A stretch of DNA of 64,000 bases, from positions 2,176,001-2,240,000 of the forward strand of contig CBDEGZ010000003.1 of the NCBI GenBank assembly GCA_965238175.1, read 5' to 3'. Below are positions 60,648-64,000 of the stretch, piece by piece. The notes below the pieces were generated by a model that made no database searches, was not told where the DNA came from, and worked only from the letters and a program-made list of their open reading frames with translations. How positions within the stretch are numbered: position 1 is the stretch's first letter; every line of letters starts with the position of its first letter. Source of the DNA: Gammaproteobacteria bacterium. Lineage in GTDB: Bacteria > Pseudomonadota > Gammaproteobacteria > CAJXQU01. Made by a program: the position numbers and the translations under genes.

Positions 60648-60931
60648 TGGTTGTCATTCAAAAAGATCTGTTCGGAAGTGAAAACGATCTTCCTGAAAAA
60701 AAGCTACTTAAAAAGAAAAGAACTCAGGCTAATGGTTATGCTGCAAGACCTGGTACAGGGCCAGACGGTGAAAAATGTAAAACTTGCAATCATCACGTTA
60801 TAAGAAGGATGTCAAAACGATACCACAAGTGTGGGTTAGTGATAGCCAATAATTATCATACTCATGGTGTTGGTACAGATATTCGTGTTAATTCACCTGC
60901 ATGTACGAATTGGGAAGAGAAGGAAAGTTAA
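60647..60931 (+). CDS. Hypothetical Cys/His-rich phage protein
   Basis: GYAARPGTGPDGEKCKTC.H, YHKC, DIR..SPAC..W. Confidence 0.7.
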   Translation: MVVIQKDLFGSENDLPEKKLLKKKRTQANGYAARPGTGPDGEKCKTCNHHVIRRMSKRYHKCGLVIANNYHTHGVGTDIRVNSPACTNWEEKES

Positions 60932-61116
60932 TGAAAAATATAAAGACGATTACTAATTGGCAGGCTTTTGTTTTTTTGTGGCGGCACGATCCTGAAGCAC
61001 GATGGTTCTGGTTTAAGTGCTTTATTAAATTTACAGATTTGCGTGAAGATGTGGAAATAAATCTCAGATCTTTTGGCCCAAGTAGTGAAATAGAACTGGA
61101 TAATCAATGGGATTAA
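60931..61116 (+). CDS. Hypothetical phage protein
   Basis: TAATG-coupled short ORF. Confidence 0.5.
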   Translation: MKNIKTITNWQAFVFLWRHDPEARWFWFKCFIKFTDLREDVEINLRSFGPSSEIELDNQWD

Positions 61117-61466
61117 CCGCCTCGCTACTCTGCATGACGATGACTTTGTACCACGAAGCACGCGGTGAACCTATTGGCGGTCAATTCGCCGTGGGCATGG
61201 TTATTTTAAATCGGGTTCAATCCGAAGATTATCCGAATACCATTTGTGATGTTATCACCGAAGAAAATCAATTTACATTTGAATGGGAACCACCAAAAGA
61301 TGACCATGCCTGGTCACGTTCCGCACAGATTGCAAGCCAGCTTCTTAACGGGAAATTGGACGATGTGACTAAAGGTGCATTATGCTACGCACGACACGAC
61401 TCAAAAAGAGCGTGGAAGTGTGCTGATAATCCACTATTGATCGGTTCGCATCGTTTTTGGTATTAG
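61107..61466 (+). CDS. SleB-like cell wall hydrolase (Hydrolase_2)
   Basis: YHEARGEP..GQ.AV..VILNRV....YPNTICDVI....QF, IGSHRF. Confidence 0.88.
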   Translation: MGLTASLLCMTMTLYHEARGEPIGGQFAVGMVILNRVQSEDYPNTICDVITEENQFTFEWEPPKDDHAWSRSAQIASQLLNGKLDDVTKGALCYARHDSKRAWKCADNPLLIGSHRFWY

Positions 61467-61501
61467 GTCTTGCAGGCGAGTTATTTAATAGATGAATAAT
61501 T

Positions 61502-61819
61502 ATGAATTTAGTACAACACATAATAGCAGTCGATGAGATCAAAAATAGGTTTGATTACTTAGTGGATGAGTGTGGTTTGGATCCATGTTTGTCGGAGACA
61601 ATCCAAATCGCATGTAACAATACCAGGCGAAGTTTTGACTTGGATAAACGGATATGCCAGGCATTCGTCAAAGGTGCAGCAGACTCAAATGAAATTGCCG
61701 CGATCAATCATGAAGGGCCAGGTATATTCCTAAACATAAATCAAATTTATGCTAAAGCTCGTTTCGTTGGTGAGGTAACTTGGGATGAAATTGTGGAGCA
61801 GTTGAAACTTAATTGGTAA
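61502..61819 (+). CDS. Hypothetical protein
   Basis: 105-aa ORF; family not recognised. Confidence 0.5.
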   Translation: MNLVQHIIAVDEIKNRFDYLVDECGLDPCLSETIQIACNNTRRSFDLDKRICQAFVKGAADSNEIAAINHEGPGIFLNINQIYAKARFVGEVTWDEIVEQLKLNW

Positions 61820-61852
61820 CACATTATTTGAAAAAATAAGGATAGTACAATT

Positions 61853-62221
61853 ATGATCAGAAAAGGAATTTATGCATTTATATTGATAACCGTGGTGATT
61901 TCCATCTACGGTCAAAGTCGACAATCAACTAGCGTCGAAAAAGCAACTACTCAACAAGAACGTGAAATTCTTTGGATAGAAAAAAACAAAGAAGTCGTCA
62001 AGCAAAAATTAAAAGATCCCGGCAGCGCGACATTCGAACACACGCGGGTGATGTACATTGCTGATGCCAATAAAACACCTATCGTCTGTGGTGAAGTGAA
62101 TTCAAAAAATTCTTATGGCGGTTATACAGGCAACAAAAAATTCATCTCCGCAGGAAGCGCACTTTTCCACATGGAAGGTGAAGACGGTTTCGATAATGTT
62201 TGGGTCGACCTTTGTTTTTAA
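61853..62221 (+). CDS. Membrane-anchored protein of the LKDP.SA.F / CGEVN.KNSYGGY.G family
   Basis: N-terminal TM plus these motifs. Confidence 0.7.
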   Translation: MIRKGIYAFILITVVISIYGQSRQSTSVEKATTQQEREILWIEKNKEVVKQKLKDPGSATFEHTRVMYIADANKTPIVCGEVNSKNSYGGYTGNKKFISAGSALFHMEGEDGFDNVWVDLCF

Positions 62222-62281
62222 CTTGCAAACTCTCATAAAAAACCGTTAAATAAAATAAGCTAAACACCCCAAAAAGCTACC

Positions 62282-62297
62282 GCTGAAGCCCTTCAGC
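62282..62297. promoter_or_regulatory. Candidate Mor/C activator box of the late promoter
   Basis: Palindrome GCTGAAG-cc-CTTCAGC upstream of the lysis cassette. Confidence 0.55.
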
Positions 62298-62334
62298 TTC
62301 CGGCAGATCAAACCCATAGGCAAACTCATGACCT

Positions 62335-62868
62335 ATGGGCAAAAGGCAAACACCAGAATCAATACGCATAATAGGAATTCATTGTGCTGCAACGCCTAAT
62401 GGATCCAACCATAACGCGACTGATATTGATCAATGGCATGCTGTTAGAAACTTTCGGCGCAACATGTCTCTGGCACCTGAACACGCCCCACACCTAAGAC
62501 ACATCGGCTACCACCAGGTGATCCGAACAAGCGGTGTTGTTGAGCTTGGGCGGCCAGAACACGAACGTGGTGCTGGCGTAAAAGGCTATAACAATGGTGC
62601 GATTTGGATCTGCTTGATCGGTCGAAATAAATTTACCGTTGCGCAATGGTTCGCGCTCAAATCACAAGTGGAAGTGTTGACGCAGCGGTACCCATTTGCA
62701 CGGGTCTGTGGTCATCGAGATTTATCACCTGACTTGAATGGCGATGGGTTAATAACATCTAACGAATGGCTGAAAACATGTCCTGGATTTGATGCGGTTA
62801 GTTGGTGGCAGAACGGACACGGGCCACTAAAAAATAACATCTATTATCCGAAGAAGGTAGCGACATGA
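62335..62868 (+). CDS. Endolysin, N-acetylmuramoyl-L-alanine amidase (T7 lysozyme-like)
   Basis: IHCAAT, IGYH.VI, GVKGYN, GHRDLSPD, KTCPGFD. Confidence 0.92.
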   Translation: MGKRQTPESIRIIGIHCAATPNGSNHNATDIDQWHAVRNFRRNMSLAPEHAPHLRHIGYHQVIRTSGVVELGRPEHERGAGVKGYNNGAIWICLIGRNKFTVAQWFALKSQVEVLTQRYPFARVCGHRDLSPDLNGDGLITSNEWLKTCPGFDAVSWWQNGHGPLKNNIYYPKKVAT

Positions 62869-63302
62869 TAAATAAAATTATCGGTGCCGCCGCTATTCCT
62901 GCTGTCAAAGTTATCGGTAATGTAATCGATAGTATATTCACGTCTGACGAAGAGAAACTCGATAAGAAAATCATTCTTGAACGTTTAGCCTTACAGCCAC
63001 AGCTTGCACAGATTGAACTTAACAAAGTTGAAGCAGCACATCGTTCAATATTTGTCGCTGGCTGGCGTCCATTTATTGGCTGGGTTTGTGGTCTGGCATT
63101 GTTTTACAACTATGTGATCCGAGACATCATTGGATGGCTTATGAATGTTGTTGGTGTTTATTCAGATCTGACGATAACGCAAATGAATGCCATTTCCACA
63201 CCTCCCGAACTTGCCATCGAAACACTAACATCGGTGTTATTAGCACTTTTGGGTTTAGGCGGCCTTCGCACAATAGAAAAACTACAGGGTCGAGCAAAAT
63301 GA
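62865..63302 (+). CDS. 3TM holin family protein
   Basis: TSDEEKL, EAAH.S.FVAGWRPFIGWVCG, LLGLGGLRT.EK. Confidence 0.85.
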   Translation: MINKIIGAAAIPAVKVIGNVIDSIFTSDEEKLDKKIILERLALQPQLAQIELNKVEAAHRSIFVAGWRPFIGWVCGLALFYNYVIRDIIGWLMNVVGVYSDLTITQMNAISTPPELAIETLTSVLLALLGLGGLRTIEKLQGRAK

Positions 63303-63418
63303 GTGAGGAACGTCGGCAAAGTAAACAGATAGGTCGTGCGCCAACAATTACCTTGTTCTTGTTTGTTTGTGTAATAGCAGCGGTAGTTTATGGAATTTAT
63401 TGTGGGATCTTCGCATGA
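63299..63418 (+). CDS. Small membrane protein in lysis region
   Basis: ATGA overlap with the holin stop; one TM segment. Confidence 0.45.
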   Translation: MSEERRQSKQIGRAPTITLFLFVCVIAAVVYGIYCGIFA

Positions 63419-63582
63419 CTACAAGGCAGTACTCAGACAAAAATAAAACGCTAAAGAAGATCTCAGTTAAAGCACTTTGTTTTATCGCATTTTGCTACGT
63501 CGTGGTTATCGGTTGTGTGCTTGGCGCGGGAGCTTATCAGTTAGATTGTGAAACGAATTGGTCGAGATATCTTCATGACTAA
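63415..63582 (+). CDS. Small membrane protein in lysis region
   Basis: ATGA overlap; one TM segment. Confidence 0.45.
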   Translation: MTTRQYSDKNKTLKKISVKALCFIAFCYVVVIGCVLGAGAYQLDCETNWSRYLHD

Positions 63583-63669
63583 ATATTCTTTGATCATGTT
63601 GTTATTTTTGACCTTGTGTATGCCTGAAGCATACGCATTTATTTGTTTATAAAGCGGTAGATTAATTAC

Positions 63670-63891
63670 ATGCCTGATGAAGTAGATAGATCCGAACTTT
63701 CGATGGAGCTGCATAACAATCTGGCGATTGAAAAAGCAAGGCAAGAAAAAAGCTATGGCACCCCTCGCATTAAAAACGGACGGCATGAGTGTTTGGATTG
63801 TGAAGATTTAATTAGTAAAGAAAGGTTGGAAGCATCTCCAAACGCGGTGCTTTGTGTTCAGTGTCAGGAGCTACGAGAAGAATGGAAATGA
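63670..63891 (+). CDS. TraR/DksA C4 zinc-finger protein
   Basis: D.VD, CLDCEDLI..ERL.A.P.A.LCVQCQ. Confidence 0.88.
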   Translation: MPDEVDRSELSMELHNNLAIEKARQEKSYGTPRIKNGRHECLDCEDLISKERLEASPNAVLCVQCQELREEWK

Positions 63892-64000
63892 ATTATACAG
63901 CATACAAATTTTGGCTTGATGCTGTTCAGGTAATGGCCGTTGTTTTGCTGGGTATCTATACCTGGTGGAAAGGTCGAGCTACTGCGAATCAATCTGCAAT
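63888..64000 (+). CDS. DUF2730-like Mu phage membrane protein (truncated by window edge)
   Basis: MNYTAYKFWLDAVQ...GIYTWW, coupled to the TraR gene in its usual Mu-like position. Confidence 0.55.
   Translation, partial: MNYTAYKFWLDAVQVMAVVLLGIYTWWKGRATANQSA

Larger units (their letters stand above)
52345..64000 (+). mobile_element. Mu-like transposable prophage, left half (continues beyond the window)
   Basis: Gene order c / ner-A-B-...-gam-gemA-mor-lysis-DksA/TraR-DUF2730. The exact left end is not resolved. Confidence 0.93.

Overview
Chromosomal window from an AT-rich (probably marine) gammaproteobacterium, in five parts. (1) 1-10.4 kb is housekeeping: moaB, thiC with a TPP riboswitch, pcm, rhodanese, a tolC scar, waaA-hldD-hldE and dsbC. 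(2) 12-27.5 kb is a block bracketed by a ~390-bp direct repeat of a lysR 3' end. It carries an amide/urea ABC transporter (urtABCDE), formamidase fmdAB, a permease-fused hybrid kinase with a LuxR-type regulator, an FmdC-like porin and the deletion scar of a lost urtA...ureG urease operon. (3) Next come a LysR regulator, a two-subunit NAD-dependent formate dehydrogenase and an RND pump. (4) 40-52 kb holds a diguanylate cyclase, envelope proteins, rnd, rluB, a CreD-like pair, an AT-rich glycosyltransferase and IS remnants. (5) From ~52.35 kb to the window end is the left half of a Mu-like transposable prophage (c, ner, A, B, gam, gemA, mor, lysis genes). Many intergenic gaps are decayed IS3, IS982 or IS256 pieces. 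The most unusual signal is a 28-bp hairpin element inserted at the same codon of the conserved GNCW-D-N motif in three separate IS3 remnants, with a compensatory base change in its stem. All family calls come from motifs recognised by eye; no database searches were run.
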